DNA of 64,000 nt from Gammaproteobacteria bacterium (GCA_965209035.1 OZ242372.1:1344001-1408000); one strand, 5' to 3'. Numbered from the stretch's first letter, positions 10,139 to 21,595 are shown. Notes: generated from the sequence alone by a model not told the origin. A program made the numbers and translations.

Positions 10139-10330
10139 TCAGACCTCGCACATAGAGAAATCGCTCTTGCCGGCTCCGCAATCCGGGCACACCCAATCCT
10201 CGGGAACATCTTCCCAGCGAGTGCCGGCGGCAATGTTGTCTTCCGGCCAGCCTTCGGCCTCGTCATAAATGAAACCGCAAATGAGGCACTGCCATGTCTT
10301 ATATGTCTTATAATCAGTTTGTTGGTTCAT
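10139..10330 (-). CDS. rubredoxin
   Basis: [38 protein letters not shown] (two CxxCG motifs). Confidence 0.95.
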   Translation of the reverse strand: MNQQTDYKTYKTWQCLICGFIYDEAEGWPEDNIAAGTRWEDVPEDWVCPDCGAGKSDFSMCEV

Positions 10331-10367
10331 AATTTTTTTACATACATATTTTCTTGATTATTTATTA

Positions 10368-11021
10368 ATGATTAATCACAATTATACGGATTTGCAAACC
10401 CGCTATATTCCTCGTTCCGGGATCATTATTCTGGATAACTACGATTCATTCACCTACAACCTGGTGCAGTACCTTGGCGAACTTGGACAGGATGTTCGGG
10501 TGTATCGCAATGACGAGATTACAACCCAAGAAGTGGGCGCGCTGCGACCGGCGGCGGTTGTCATTTCACCCGGCCCCGGCACTCCCGACCAGGCCGGGAT
10601 TTCCCCGCAGGTTTGTCGTTTGGCGGAAACGGGCTGCCCGGTGCTGGGTGTCTGCCTCGGCATGCAGTCCATGGCACAGGAATACGGCGGCAAGGTCATC
10701 CGGGCGGGAAGGATCATGCACGGCAAGGTCTCCTCGGTGCATCATCGCGAGGATCCTCCGTTGTTTGTCGGCCTGCCCAATCCCTTCCCGGCGGCCAGAT
10801 ACCATTCTTTAATCGTGCAAGAAGAGGGACTGCCGGACTGCTTTGAAATTCAGGCACGCAGCGAAGACCCGGCACAGGGCGATATCATGGCAATTCGTCA
10901 CAAGAGTCTGCCACTGATGGGTATTCAATTTCATCCCGAATCCGTCCTGACCGAATGTGGTAAAATGCTTCTTAAGAATTTTGTCGGCTCTCTTGAGGGC
11001 GCCGACACGATCAAACATTAA
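10368..11021 (+). CDS. class I glutamine amidotransferase, anthranilate/aminodeoxychorismate synthase component II (TrpG/PabA)
   Basis: DNYDSFTYNL, SPGPG, GVCLGMQ, RYHSL, QFHPES. Confidence 0.93.
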   Translation: MINHNYTDLQTRYIPRSGIIILDNYDSFTYNLVQYLGELGQDVRVYRNDEITTQEVGALRPAAVVISPGPGTPDQAGISPQVCRLAETGCPVLGVCLGMQSMAQEYGGKVIRAGRIMHGKVSSVHHREDPPLFVGLPNPFPAARYHSLIVQEEGLPDCFEIQARSEDPAQGDIMAIRHKSLPLMGIQFHPESVLTECGKMLLKNFVGSLEGADTIKH

Positions 11022-11052
11022 AAAACAAAAAAAATAAAACATTAAAAATATC

Positions 11053-11556
11053 ATGACAACAGTAACTATAAAAGGAAATCCGGTGAGCATACTTGCCGAT
11101 CCGCCGGCACCCGGGCAAAAACTGCCCGACTTCCGTTTGGTAAACAAGGACCTGGGCGAAGTCACAACCGATGACTACGCAAACAAAATCCTGCTGCTTA
11201 ACATCTTTCCCAGCCTGGACACAGGCACCTGCGCCGCTTCGGTGCGAAGGTTTAACCAAGAAGCCGCCGAGCATCCGAATGTGGCAATTCTTTGTATCTC
11301 GGCGGACCTGCCGTTTGCCCAGGCGCGCTTTTGTGCCGCCGAAGGCATCGACAAAACGCAAACCCTGTCCGCTTATAGGTCCTCGTTCGGCAAGGACTTC
11401 GGTGTGGAAATGACAGACGGCCCGCTCAGACAACTCTTGGCAAGAGCGGTCGTGATTGCCGATGCATCGCGTCGCGTCCTATACAGCCAACTGGTGCCGG
11501 AAGTGACCGAAGAACCCGATTACGCCGCCGCCCTCAAGGCTCTGAACACGGATTAG
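11053..11556 (+). CDS. tpx: thiol peroxidase
   Basis: NIFPSLDTGTCAASVRRFN, ISADLPFAQARFC, EPDY. Confidence 0.95.
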   Translation: MTTVTIKGNPVSILADPPAPGQKLPDFRLVNKDLGEVTTDDYANKILLLNIFPSLDTGTCAASVRRFNQEAAEHPNVAILCISADLPFAQARFCAAEGIDKTQTLSAYRSSFGKDFGVEMTDGPLRQLLARAVVIADASRRVLYSQLVPEVTEEPDYAAALKALNTD

Positions 11557-11751
11557 TCTTCTCGCCCGGGAAATACTCAGGTGCCTCGCTCAGCCCGGGC
11601 GGGTATTGGGATGTGTCGGGACTTAGTTGGCCCGCTCGAGAATCACTTCGGTGATCGGGTGCCTCGCTAAGTCCGGACGGGTGTTGGGTGGGCATTAAAG
11701 TCTATCGGGGAGGGCTGTCGGGGTGGGCTGTCGGGGCTAAAAGTCCCGGTT

Positions 11752-12900
11752 CTAGCCCGAGTAGTTTCGGCGAAGTCGGCCGGTTAAACCCGCAAAGAGA
11801 TCATAGGGAGAGCGGCCGACCGCCGCCGCCACCTTCTCCGCGGGAAGCCCCTCACCCCAAAAGATGACCCTGTCGCCGACCCTTGCCGGGGCACCCGCCT
11901 CGGCCGGTCCCAGGTCTATACTCACCAGATCCATTGAAACTCTTCCCGCCAGGTAGCACATCCGGCCATTGACAAGAACCGGCACACGCGCCGCGGTTGC
12001 ACCCTGCGTGCGCGGATAACCGTCGCCGTATCCCAGCGAAACCAAACCCACATAGCGATCGCCCGGCGCCGTCCATGCTTCGTCATAGCCCACCTTGTCT
12101 CCTCGCCGCACCCGACGGACAGAGATGAGTTCGCCGGCGAGAGTCATTGCGGGTTTGAGTTTCAGTGACGCGGCCGAAACATCGTCCAAAGGCGATGCCC
12201 CGTAAAGCATCAGACCGGGTCGGTTGAAGTCCGCCCGACTTTCGGGCAACGCCAAAAGGGCGGCGGAATTCGCCAGGCTTTTCGCCGGACTTTTTGGCAG
12301 CTGCAAGCCGGCGACGGCCGCATCAAACCTTGCCAGCTGCCTGTGCGCCGAATGCTTGTCCCGGCGATTGGCGGCGGCAAAGTGCGTCATCATCGCCAAA
12401 ACCCGAATGCCCGGTTTGTTTAAGACAGACGGAACTTCCGCAGGGTCCGCGCCCATTCTGTTCATCCCGGTATTTATTTTTAGCCAGACACGCAGCGGCC
12501 CCGCCGGGTCATTTGCAAACTCGGCCGCATAGTCGGCCTGCCCGACCCGGTGGATCACGCAAGTCAGGTTAAATTGCCGCGCCGCTTCGGCTTCCTCCCG
12601 GTCCGCCGGACCCTGCAAGACCAAAATGTCCTTGCCCGTTTCCTTGCCCGTTTCGAGATCCGTTTCGATGCCCGTTTTAAGGTCCGTTTCAAGTTCTTGT
12701 CTTAGGGTGACCGCCTCTTCCGTCAGAGCCACCGCATAGCCGTCGGCTGCCGCCAGGGCGCGTGCGGCTTCTGTCAGTCCGTGACCGTAAGCGTTGCTTT
12801 TGATCACCGCAAAGATTTTGCCATGGCCGCTCAGCTTGCGCGCCACACCCAAGTTGTGTGCCAGAGCGTCCCTGCTAACGGTAATCTGTGTTTTGCGCAT
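11752..12900 (-). CDS. alr: alanine racemase
   Basis: AVIKSNAYGHG PLP-lysine motif, TGMNRMG, GYGDGYPR, GRVSMD; follows dnaB. Confidence 0.95.
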   Translation of the reverse strand: MRKTQITVSRDALAHNLGVARKLSGHGKIFAVIKSNAYGHGLTEAARALAAADGYAVALTEEAVTLRQELETDLKTGIETDLETGKETGKDILVLQGPADREEAEAARQFNLTCVIHRVGQADYAAEFANDPAGPLRVWLKINTGMNRMGADPAEVPSVLNKPGIRVLAMMTHFAAANRRDKHSAHRQLARFDAAVAGLQLPKSPAKSLANSAALLALPESRADFNRPGLMLYGASPLDDVSAASLKLKPAMTLAGELISVRRVRRGDKVGYDEAWTAPGDRYVGLVSLGYGDGYPRTQGATAARVPVLVNGRMCYLAGRVSMDLVSIDLGPAEAGAPARVGDRVIFWGEGLPAEKVAAAVGRSPYDLFAGLTGRLRRNYSG

Positions 12901-12963
12901 AGGGCTTTTATTGGTTACCGAAGTTACCGATTGCCGCCGCACCGGACGGTGCGGCACCGGATC

Positions 12964-14400
12964 TTAAATGTCCGAGTATTCCGCTTTCTCGGTTTCCAGA
13001 TTGAAAAAATTGGTATACTTTCCGTTGAAGGTAAGTCGCACCATACCGGTGGGGCCGTTGCGCTGCTTGCCGACAATGATCTCGGCGATGCCTCTGTCCT
13101 CGGAGTTTTCGTTGTATACTTCGTCGCGGTAAATGAACAAAATCAAATCCGCATCCTGCTCGATGGCGCCGGACTCTCGCAGATCCGACATCACCGGCCT
13201 CCTGTTTTGTCTGTTTTCCACGCCGCGATTTAACTGCGACAATGCAATTAACGGCAGATTAAAATCCTTCGCCACTCCTTTAAGTGAGCGGGAAATTTCG
13301 GACATCTCCGTGGTTCTGTTCTCGTTGGTCTGGCTCAGATACATCAGTTGCAGATAATCCACCATGATGATGCCGGGCTCAATACTGCCGGGTAAATTGC
13401 GGATCACTCTGCGGGTGCGCGAGCGAATTTCCATTGGCGTCATGTTCGCCGAATCGTCAATGTAAATCGGCGCATCCTCCAGCATATCCGCGGCCTGGCG
13501 AATTTTGTTCCAATCGTTATCGTTCACTTTGCCGCTGCGTAGCTTGCCAAGTTCCACATTGCCGAGCATCGAAATCAAACGCACTGTTAACATCACGGCG
13601 GGCATTTCCATACTGAAAATGATACTCGCTTTCGGGTTATCCACATTCACGGAGGTATGGGCGGCGATGCTTAACGCCAAAGAGGTTTTGCCCATACTCG
13701 GCCGCCCGGCAACAATCACCAGGTCCGCCGCTTGCAGCCCGTCGGTTAATCCGTCCAGCAACTTAAATCCCGTGGAAATACCCGGCAACTCGTCCGGGTG
13801 CTCGGAGCGATATTCTATTTGACCCAACGCCTCTTCCAAATATTTGGAGATGCGATGCGAATAATGCAAACCCGTTTCCTGGTCGCGCAGTTGAAAAATC
13901 TGCTGTTCGGCCTTGTCCAGCAAACTGCGACCGGTTTCCGAATCGCTGCGGGCGCTTCTGCCAATCTTCCCAATTTCCGAGATCAACCGGCGGCGCAGAA
14001 AGCGATCCATCACCTGCGCGGCATATTGGTTAATCTCCATTCCCATCACGGCACCCGCCGACAATTCGGCGATGTAGTCCTTGCCACCGGCATCTTCCAG
14101 GTCGCCGCGCAGTTCCAATTCTTCTATGATGGTCACCTCGTCTGTGCCGACGCGCTTGCCAATCAGCGCGACCACCGCTTCAAAAATAATTTGGTGACGC
14201 GGATTGTAAAAATACTCTTTTTTCAGAGGCGTATCCAGGTTATCCCAACCCTCGTCATCCGAAATCAGTATGCCCAATACCATCTGCTCCGAGAGAACGG
14301 CGTTGGGACCGTCGCCGGACGGCTGTTGTTGCGGCTGTCGCTGTTCCGCCTGCTTCTCTTCCGGCACAGCGGTCTTTTTGGGATCCGATGAAGGTGTCAT
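12964..14400 (-). CDS. dnaB: replicative DNA helicase
   Basis: AGRPSMGKT, FSMEM, VDYLQLM, LSQLNR, SDLRESGAIEQDAD, KQRNGP. Confidence 0.97.
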   Translation of the reverse strand: MTPSSDPKKTAVPEEKQAEQRQPQQQPSGDGPNAVLSEQMVLGILISDDEGWDNLDTPLKKEYFYNPRHQIIFEAVVALIGKRVGTDEVTIIEELELRGDLEDAGGKDYIAELSAGAVMGMEINQYAAQVMDRFLRRRLISEIGKIGRSARSDSETGRSLLDKAEQQIFQLRDQETGLHYSHRISKYLEEALGQIEYRSEHPDELPGISTGFKLLDGLTDGLQAADLVIVAGRPSMGKTSLALSIAAHTSVNVDNPKASIIFSMEMPAVMLTVRLISMLGNVELGKLRSGKVNDNDWNKIRQAADMLEDAPIYIDDSANMTPMEIRSRTRRVIRNLPGSIEPGIIMVDYLQLMYLSQTNENRTTEMSEISRSLKGVAKDFNLPLIALSQLNRGVENRQNRRPVMSDLRESGAIEQDADLILFIYRDEVYNENSEDRGIAEIIVGKQRNGPTGMVRLTFNGKYTNFFNLETEKAEYSDI

Positions 14401-14815
14401 CTTTCCAAATCCCAAAACAACAAAATTGCCATTGCCTCTTTTATCGCAGTCATCGCAGTGATTGAAGTGATGGCGATTATTATTAAGGAGGCTATTAAGG
14501 TCATTGAGGTTCGGCTTTCCGCCCCGCCGGATGCAAGGCGCGCATTAAGGCGCGAATTAAGACGCGAATTAAGACACGAATCAATGCCGAGGCAAATACA
14601 AGAATCAAAGCCCGCGCCCCCAAAGCCCGCGCCCCAAAAGTTCCTTTCAATTCGTTCCTTTTTCATAGAGTTTTTTATTAGTGCTTTTTTGTTATCATGA
14701 TCATTCATTCGACCTCACACCACAAAACAAGCACAAAAAATTATAGCATAGTTTCGCATCATTCGCCGGGCGTGCATATCATCTCGCCCGATTTTGGGCT
14801 ATTTTATTTTTGTGT

Positions 14816-15105
14816 GTTGCCGCCCGAAGCAAATTAAACCGATGCGAGTTGCCGGCGTGAGTGGTTGCCGCCCGAAGCGAACTAATCCGGCACGAGTTGC
14901 CGGCGCGAGTGGTTGCCGCCCGAAGCGAACTAATCCGGCACGAGTTGCCGGCGCGAGTGGTTGCCGCCCGAAGCAAATTAAACCGATACGAGTTGCCGGC
15001 GTGAGTGGTTGCGCCCGAAGCGAACTAATCCGGCACGAGTTGCCGGCGCGAGTGGTTGCCGCCCGAAGCAAATTAAACCGATGCGAGTTGCCGGCGTGAG
15101 TGGTT
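14816..15105. repeat. six-unit 48-bp tandem repeat with two unit variants (order A,B,B,A,B,A)
   Basis: gttgccgcccgaagc-[aaattaaaccgatg or gaactaatccggca]-cgagttgccggcgYgagtg; unit 5 has a 1-nt deletion. Confidence 0.92.
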
Positions 15106-15404
15106 ATCGGCATGCATAACGGGGATGCCGGACAGTTTGATGGGTTTGACACATCCCGCACGAATTGCGAATTAAGGTTCGACGCATTCCACGCGAACCG
15201 ATGATCTTGCCCGGGCGAGCGAGTGGAGGGCGGACGGTTGGGCAGGCGAGTGGACAGACGGGCGGGCGGGTGGACAGGGATGATGTCGGTGATTGTAACG
15301 GAACTCCGTTTGGTCGTTAGGTTGCCGAAGCAGCGGACAGGCGGACGCAGAGTGTTGTTTTTATTGCGGCTTCCTAAAACAACAGCGGCGGGAAGCCCGC
15401 CATA

Positions 15405-16760
15405 TTAACAAATAAAGTGATTCTTCCGCCGCGTGATGTTGTTACGCATTCGCTCCAATTCTTTTTTTGAGTTGGCGACACAGGTGATATGCCCGACCTT
15501 GCGCCCCGGCCGCGTCTCCTTGTCGTAGATGTGTGCCTTTCCTTCCTCCGGCTGTTCCGGCGGTTGCACGCCGACAAAGTTTAACATCATCGCCATCACT
15601 TCGGCGCGCTTCCCCATGCGCTCCTGTTCGCGCATAGCCGTCTGCCCGAGTGGCATCCCGCAGATTGCCCGCAGATGATTGGCAAACTGAGAGGTGACTG
15701 CCCCTTCAATTGTCCAGTGTCCCGAGTTATGGACCCTGGGGGCAAACTCATTGGCAAAAAATAGTTCTTTTTCCCCGGATCCGGATGTCCGTGTCTTGGG
15801 CTCAAAGCCATCAAACACCTCCAACGCGAGAACACCGATATAGTTCAGATTTTCCATCATGGTCGCCGTCCATTGTTGCAGTTGGTCGCGGCGATCTTTG
15901 GCGAGATCCGCCGGAGCCGCGCTGCAATACAGAATGCCGTTGCGATGTTCGTTCTCTGTCGGCGGATAGTGTTTGATCCGCCCGTTTTTGTCACGCACAC
16001 TGATCTGCGAAATCTCACGCCGAAATCGGATCCACTCCTCGGCGATGTACGGGGCATCAATGGGCGGAGTCACTATGGGCGGAGTATCGGGGGACGAAGT
16101 ATCAATGAGCGAAGACTCGTTTTTTGAATCCTTGTGCGTGTCAGTTTCTACCGAAGCATCCGCATCGGCAGAGAAGGGCGACGCGGGAGAGGATGCAGCC
16201 GGCACGGGAGAGGATGCAGCCGGCACAGGGGAGGGTGTTGACGGCACGGAAGAGGATGCTGCCGCCGAAAACAGAGAAGCACTCGCCCGTTCCAAGTCCT
16301 CCGAACCGGTAATGCGGATCTGTCCCTTGCCGTCATAACCCAGCCGGGTGGTCTTAACCAAAAACGGAAACCCCAGTTGCTCTTTTGCTTGCCGCAGATC
16401 CTGCGGCGACGCCACGGTAAACCAATGAGCCGTCCGCATTCCCAGCCGCTTAAAAAGACGCTTCTCCGCAAGGCGGTTCGAAGATATTTTGAGAGCCTGC
16501 AACGAAGGAAAGAGTTTGTCTTCTTTGTCCAATCGCTCGGCAAGAGTCAGGCTGGCATTTTCAAACTCATAAGTATATATATCCGCCGCCTTTGCAAACG
16601 CATCCGCGTCCGTGTAAATCTTGCCGAAACGGCCGGCACAGGCATTCGGGTTCTTGTCGTAAAACACAAACTCCAAGCCCAACGGAATTCCCGCCTCTGC
16701 CAGCATCCGCCCCAACTGGCCGCCTCCCAAAATTCCGATTTTCAAATGCGTCTCTGCCAT
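15405..16760 (-). CDS. purK: N5-CAIR synthetase with a low-complexity insertion
   Basis: ILGGGQLGRML, TYEFEN, GYDGKGQ, NEFAPRVHNSGHWT, RPGRKVGH. Confidence 0.95.
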   Translation of the reverse strand: MAETHLKIGILGGGQLGRMLAEAGIPLGLEFVFYDKNPNACAGRFGKIYTDADAFAKAADIYTYEFENASLTLAERLDKEDKLFPSLQALKISSNRLAEKRLFKRLGMRTAHWFTVASPQDLRQAKEQLGFPFLVKTTRLGYDGKGQIRITGSEDLERASASLFSAAASSSVPSTPSPVPAASSPVPAASSPASPFSADADASVETDTHKDSKNESSLIDTSSPDTPPIVTPPIDAPYIAEEWIRFRREISQISVRDKNGRIKHYPPTENEHRNGILYCSAAPADLAKDRRDQLQQWTATMMENLNYIGVLALEVFDGFEPKTRTSGSGEKELFFANEFAPRVHNSGHWTIEGAVTSQFANHLRAICGMPLGQTAMREQERMGKRAEVMAMMLNFVGVQPPEQPEEGKAHIYDKETRPGRKVGHITCVANSKKELERMRNNITRRKNHFIC

Positions 16761-17130
16761 ATCCGCCGTCTCATTCGCCGCTTGTTTTGTGTTGATTCTC
16801 GCGCCGCCTTGTATTTGATTCGCGCCTTATGATTTCTGGTATCGTGTCGCGCGGATGCAATTCCGTCCGCCGCCTGCCATAAAGCCCGGCAAGGACAGTG
16901 ACAGCCTGCGGAACATTCGCCGGAGTTCTCTTGCATAGGAATTCTTTTTCACAGGTCTCGGAAGTTCGCGGCATCACGCCCGAACGGTAATCTCATCTCT
17001 CTCTTATCCCCCCGTTTTGCCCGCCAATCATCTTTAAATAATTGTGGGAGGAGTTGTGGGAATATTCGGGGGAATAGTTGGATCGGGGTTCCGGTTGTCG
17101 GGGGCTTTAGTTTAGATGTTAATTTTGAAG

Positions 17131-17628
17131 TCAATTTTGATGCGGGACCGGCTGCGACAGAACTTTTTCGGTCTGCTCCTTGCGAAACGCGCTCAGTTTC
17201 TTTTGTATTTGCGGATCCTCCAAAGCGAGAATCTGCGCCGCCAACAGGGCCGCATTCACCGCACCGCTTCTGCCGATGGCAAGTGTGCCGACCGGCACCC
17301 CGCGCGGCATCTGCACAATGGAAAGAAGCGAGTCCAAACCGCCCAAAGATTTCGTCTCCACCGGCACACCCAGAACGGGCAGAAGCGTGTATGCGGCAAA
17401 CATTCCCGGCAAATGTGCGGCACCGCCGGCGGCCGCAATCACCACCCGAAAGCCGCGCTTTTCAATATCCCGCGCATAACTTTCCAGCAGGTGCGGTGTG
17501 CGGTGTGCCGAAACTACCCGTTCCTCATAGGGGATTTCCAGGGCATCCAACTTCTCACAACAGGTCTTCATCGTGTTCCAATCGGAATGGGAACCCATGA
17601 TGACCGCAATGCGCGGATTAAACAACAT
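17131..17628 (-). CDS. purE: N5-CAIR mutase
   Basis: [39 protein letters not shown]. Confidence 0.97.
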   Translation of the reverse strand: MLFNPRIAVIMGSHSDWNTMKTCCEKLDALEIPYEERVVSAHRTPHLLESYARDIEKRGFRVVIAAAGGAAHLPGMFAAYTLLPVLGVPVETKSLGGLDSLLSIVQMPRGVPVGTLAIGRSGAVNAALLAAQILALEDPQIQKKLSAFRKEQTEKVLSQPVPHQN

Positions 17629-17669
17629 ATTGCCATTATAACCGATAGCGGTTTGGTGAAATGACGATT

Positions 17670-17830
17670 ATATGATCCCACCCATTCCCGGACTTTTGTT
17701 GTTTTTACAAAAGCCGGATTCGGCGAGAGTTGTTTGAGAGCATAATGAGGACGCTCGCGATGATACCAAGCCAGCCACGCGATGAGTTTGGCTTGAATGC
17801 CGGCAGATCCTTAAACAAGAGATGCTGCAT
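17670..17830 (+). mobile_element. MITE-family left part
   Basis: tatgatcccacccattcccggactt.. followed by ~130 bp homologous to 27180-27320. Confidence 0.6.
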
Positions 17831-17929
17831 AGGACAACCAAACTATTCCCCCAAGGTATTTATTAAAGAAGCACAATTAAACCGTTCACAGTGTGCATTC
17901 ATTTGCGATTTCTCCAAAAAACAACATAG

Positions 17930-18060
17930 CATAGGCATACCAGTGTCTGCTGCCGTTTGCGGTCACGACCCGGTGAAAGTCTTTGGCGAACTCACTGCCA
18001 TTGTCGGTGAGGGCTTTTTCGATCCGCACGCCGAGTATGTTTTGCCTGGCGGTAAACAGC
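17930..18060 (-). pseudogene. DDE (rve) transposase fragment, IS481/IS3-like
   Basis: LGVRIEKALTDNGSEF motif within a short minus-strand ORF. Confidence 0.6.
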
Positions 18061-18134
18061 CGGGCGGAACGGGCCGCAGCGGCCAAACGAGATCTCAGTC
18101 TGCTTCTTGCTTTTGCTTGCCCGCTGCTGAAAGT

Positions 18135-20808
18135 CTACTGCCGTCGCTGCTGCTCTTCCACGCTGACAGGAAGACAGTTCAAAACGGGATACTGGTCTGC
18201 ATCGCCGAGATCCCAGACGCTTAAAAATCCGGCAGGTTGGATCGCCTCTTCTATTACTTCGCCCGTGTCCGGATCACACCGGATGTTATCCCAGTCGGCA
18301 TAGATGCTCCCGGCAAACTCGGTCGGCGATTGTAAGTCTGTCGTGCTATAACCCTCGCCCAAATCATCGGCACTGGCTGACTGCCCGGTGGTTTGATTAT
18401 CCCAATAGGAAGCATTGACGGTGGTTACCTCATCGGCACGGCCGAGCAAACCGCCGACATTAATACCGAAACTTGAAACAAGCCCGGCGGCATAAGAATA
18501 ACGAATATTAGAATTCCGGCCATCCCCAACCAATCCGCCAACAAAATTAAGTCCGGTAACACTTCCGCCGGATACATAAGCATAGCGAATATCAAAATTG
18601 CGAGAAAATCCAACCAGTCCGCCAACATTGCTAGCACCGAAAGAACTTGTGCCGCTGTGAAATACTTCCCCGGCAACATTCACGCCGGACGTATAAGCAT
18701 AACGAATATCAGACTCAGCACTAAACCCGGGATTAGACTCGGAACTAGTCCAACCGCCGACTAGTCCGCCAATATTCTGTCCGGTTCCAACAACACTTCC
18801 GCCGGACACAGACGCATAGCGAATATCAATATACCGGCCATGCCCAACCAGTCCGCCAATACTAAAAAACTGGCCGGAAACATCTACGCCGGACACAGAC
18901 GCATAGCGAATATCCATATTCTGACCATTCCCAACCAGTCCGCCAATACTAAAAAACTGGCCGGAAACATCTACGCCGGTTGAATGAGCATAGCGAATAA
19001 CAGCACCCCGACCATCTCCAACCAATCCGCCGACGTCGTTGGCATCCGGACTCATCACACTGCCACTCGTAACCGACAAATTCTCATAACGGGCATCCCT
19101 GCCATGGCCTACCAGTGTGCCCACAGCATTGTCACCGCCATTGACATTTGCATTTAAGAGATGCAGATTTTGAAGACTGCCATTGAACGCAGCGAATAAG
19201 CCCACTCCATTGACGGTATCATCCGCAGCAATGAACAGACCGGCAAGAGCATAGCCGCCGCCGTCAAAGATTCCCGTATAAGAGGTGCAAACATCTGCAT
19301 CAGAACAGGAGCCAATCGGCAGCCAGCCGCTGCCGGCACGATCTGTCCAGTCGTCCATATTACCGCTGCTACCGCTACCCGTGGCATAGGAAGCCACATC
19401 GCTAAAATTGAGCGAGCGGGTCAATTCGTAACCCGAGCAGCCGACAGTATCCGGGCAACCCACAGAGCCCACAGAAGTAATATCGCCAATATTGCCATTA
19501 TCCGTCCCATCGCCGTTTAGATCATCGCGCAGCCGCGCCAAGTCATCCAAAGTCCAAATTTCTATGAGGCCATTATTATTGTCATCCACATCCGCCACCG
19601 TCGTCGTGTTTGCTTCGTTCGGAAAACCGTCACCATCATCGTCCAGATCTTCCGTCAAGTCTGTATCACAACTGTCAACCAGACTATCCGGCATACCATC
19701 GCCATCCGTGTCGGTACTCGCACATGCATCTGTGCTAAACGCATCCTCCGCATCTTTCGTACCGTCATTGTCATCGTCATCATCACAGACATCGCCGAGT
19801 GCATCCTGATCATTATTGGACTGCCCCGGATTATTGACAAACTGGCAGTTATCCGCCGCCGTGGTCGCGTTTGCCACATCCGGCAAACCATCATTGTCAT
19901 CATCCGGATCACAGGCATCGCCTAACCCATCCGTATCATTATCATCTTGCCCCGGATTATTGACAAACTGGCAATTATCCGCCGCCGTGGTCGCGTCTGC
20001 CACATCCGGCAAACCATCATTGTCATCATCCGGATCACAAACATCGCCTAACCTATCCGTATCATTATCATCCTGCCCCGGATTCCTAACTAGCGGACAA
20101 TTATCTTCTATATTCGACAAACCATCAATATCAATGTCCCTATCCAAGCCTATGTCTTGATCCGCCCCGGTTGTGCCGGACACAGGAGATGACATCGCGG
20201 TATCGCCGTCCTTATAGAGTACCGTAATCGTGATCCGGTAAGCGGTGTTATTGGTTAGATCCATAATGTTGTAGATGACCCGAGCAAGCGGCGCAACATC
20301 CGCAGGGGCATTGGGACCTATTTCGCTCTTTACCTCACCACTGCCGCCGCGCCAAGTAATATTAAACCCGGTGATGTTCATCTGATCCGGATTGGTCCAA
20401 CCGACAAAAATATGATCCTCGCCAACCAGAGTCTGGATATTGGAAACAGCCCGGGGATTTTGGCCATTGTCAGTGCCGCCACTGCTATCGCCGCCGCTAC
20501 CGCCGCCGCCACAACCGGCCAGGACCAAACCGAACATACCCGCCAGCAGCACACCATAAAAGCGAGCCGGCGTATCCGGCTGACGGCAAGCATTAGAGGC
20601 CGCTGTGGCGGCAATGTAACAGTGGTGTGTGTGTGTGTGGGGGGGGGGGGGGGAGCATTAGAGACCGCCGTAGCGACAATGTAACCCGCCCGCCAAACGA
20701 CATCATAGTATTTGGCATATTATTAAGGCCCCGCACGAATGCCGGGCATGACAGCCAGCCGTGTATTGCTTTCGCCGACCGAACAGGAAAAAAGTATAAC
20801 TTATTCAT
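18135..20808 (-). CDS. large lipoprotein (FN3-like, thrombospondin type-3 repeats, GLUG repeats), frameshifted at the G15/(GT)7 tract
   Basis: Lipobox LVLAGC; DNCP..N.GQ.D.D.D..GD.CD repeats; GGLVG repeats; upstream ORF MNKLYFFP (ATG 20808) is homologous to the paralogue's N-terminus but out of frame. Confidence 0.85.
20625..20653. repeat. simple sequence repeat (GT)7 followed by G15
   Basis: Read directly at 20625-20638 and 20639-20653; flanked by ~31-bp imperfect direct repeats (20590-20620, 20655-20685). Confidence 0.9.
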
Positions 20809-20924
20809 TGTGTTGTTATCGTGTTGTTATCCGTATTAATTATTCATTTAACTTTTATGCGGATGGAATGATTCCATATCCTTTATTAATTATAACACCT
20901 ATTTCCAAAATGTGTCTGTGGCGG

Positions 20925-21120
20925 ATCACCTCGTCCGCCAGAACCTCAAACCGCCGAGAACCGTCGGCTCTTTAACTTGAGGACGCACAATGCCCGGATC
21001 AGAGTCCGGAGCCTTTATGAGACTATGCAACCCAGTTTCGGACTTTTTTTGTTTTTGTAAAAACCGGATCGGCGAGAGTTGTTTGTGGGCATCGCGGGGA
21101 TCTGCCAAATGATATCAACG
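20925..21120 (+). mobile_element. MITE-family right end (to 21029) abutting a left end (from ~21030)
   Basis: ...cagagtccggagcctttatgagactatgca followed by acccagtttcggactttttt..aaaaccggatcggcgagagttgtt; another internal fragment at ~21340-21410. Confidence 0.6.
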
Positions 21121-21595
21121 CATCCCTCTCATTTTAAATCCGCAGGGCAGCCGCATCCGCACCCACACCCATATAGCGCACTGTGTCGCCAGCGAGAGTG
21201 CCGCGACAGATTTTGAACAACAGGCCGCCGCCCGCACCGCGGCGACCGGAGTAGTTGGCAGTCCGGCTTACTCGCCTTATATTTTTATTCTTGCGGCACT
21301 TGAACCCGGCACCCTCCTGTTTGCGGGTTCCTTAATAGACGGACTTGTTTTTGCAAAAACCGGATCGGCGAGAGTTGTTGAGGAAAAAACGCGTATCAGC
21401 CGGCATAAAAGGTCCGGGCGCTTGCCAATAGATTTCGAATAACAGATGAAAGGCAGAGACTAAGAATAAGTTGGAAGTTGAAAGTTGAACGGGCAGTCGT
21501 CTTATTTGTCGTGCTCTGCCTTGCCCCGTCCTGTCTTGTCCTGCCCCGTCCCGATCTGCCGGTCCGTTCCGGGGCTTTCCTCTTGCCGGCCTCTC

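Noticed and set aside
3561-10260. Diversity-generating retroelement TR/VR pairs (nnr and rubredoxin echoes)
   Set aside because: Differences are not adenine-specific, indels occur, and no reverse transcriptase is present in the window.
14816-15105. CRISPR array
   Set aside because: The variable cores are only 14 nt, come in two related variants and recur; there are no unique spacers and no cas genes in the window.
14397-15408. Short ORFs between dnaB and purK
   Set aside because: Open frames arise from 12-bp and 48-bp tandem repeats; no recognisable protein features.
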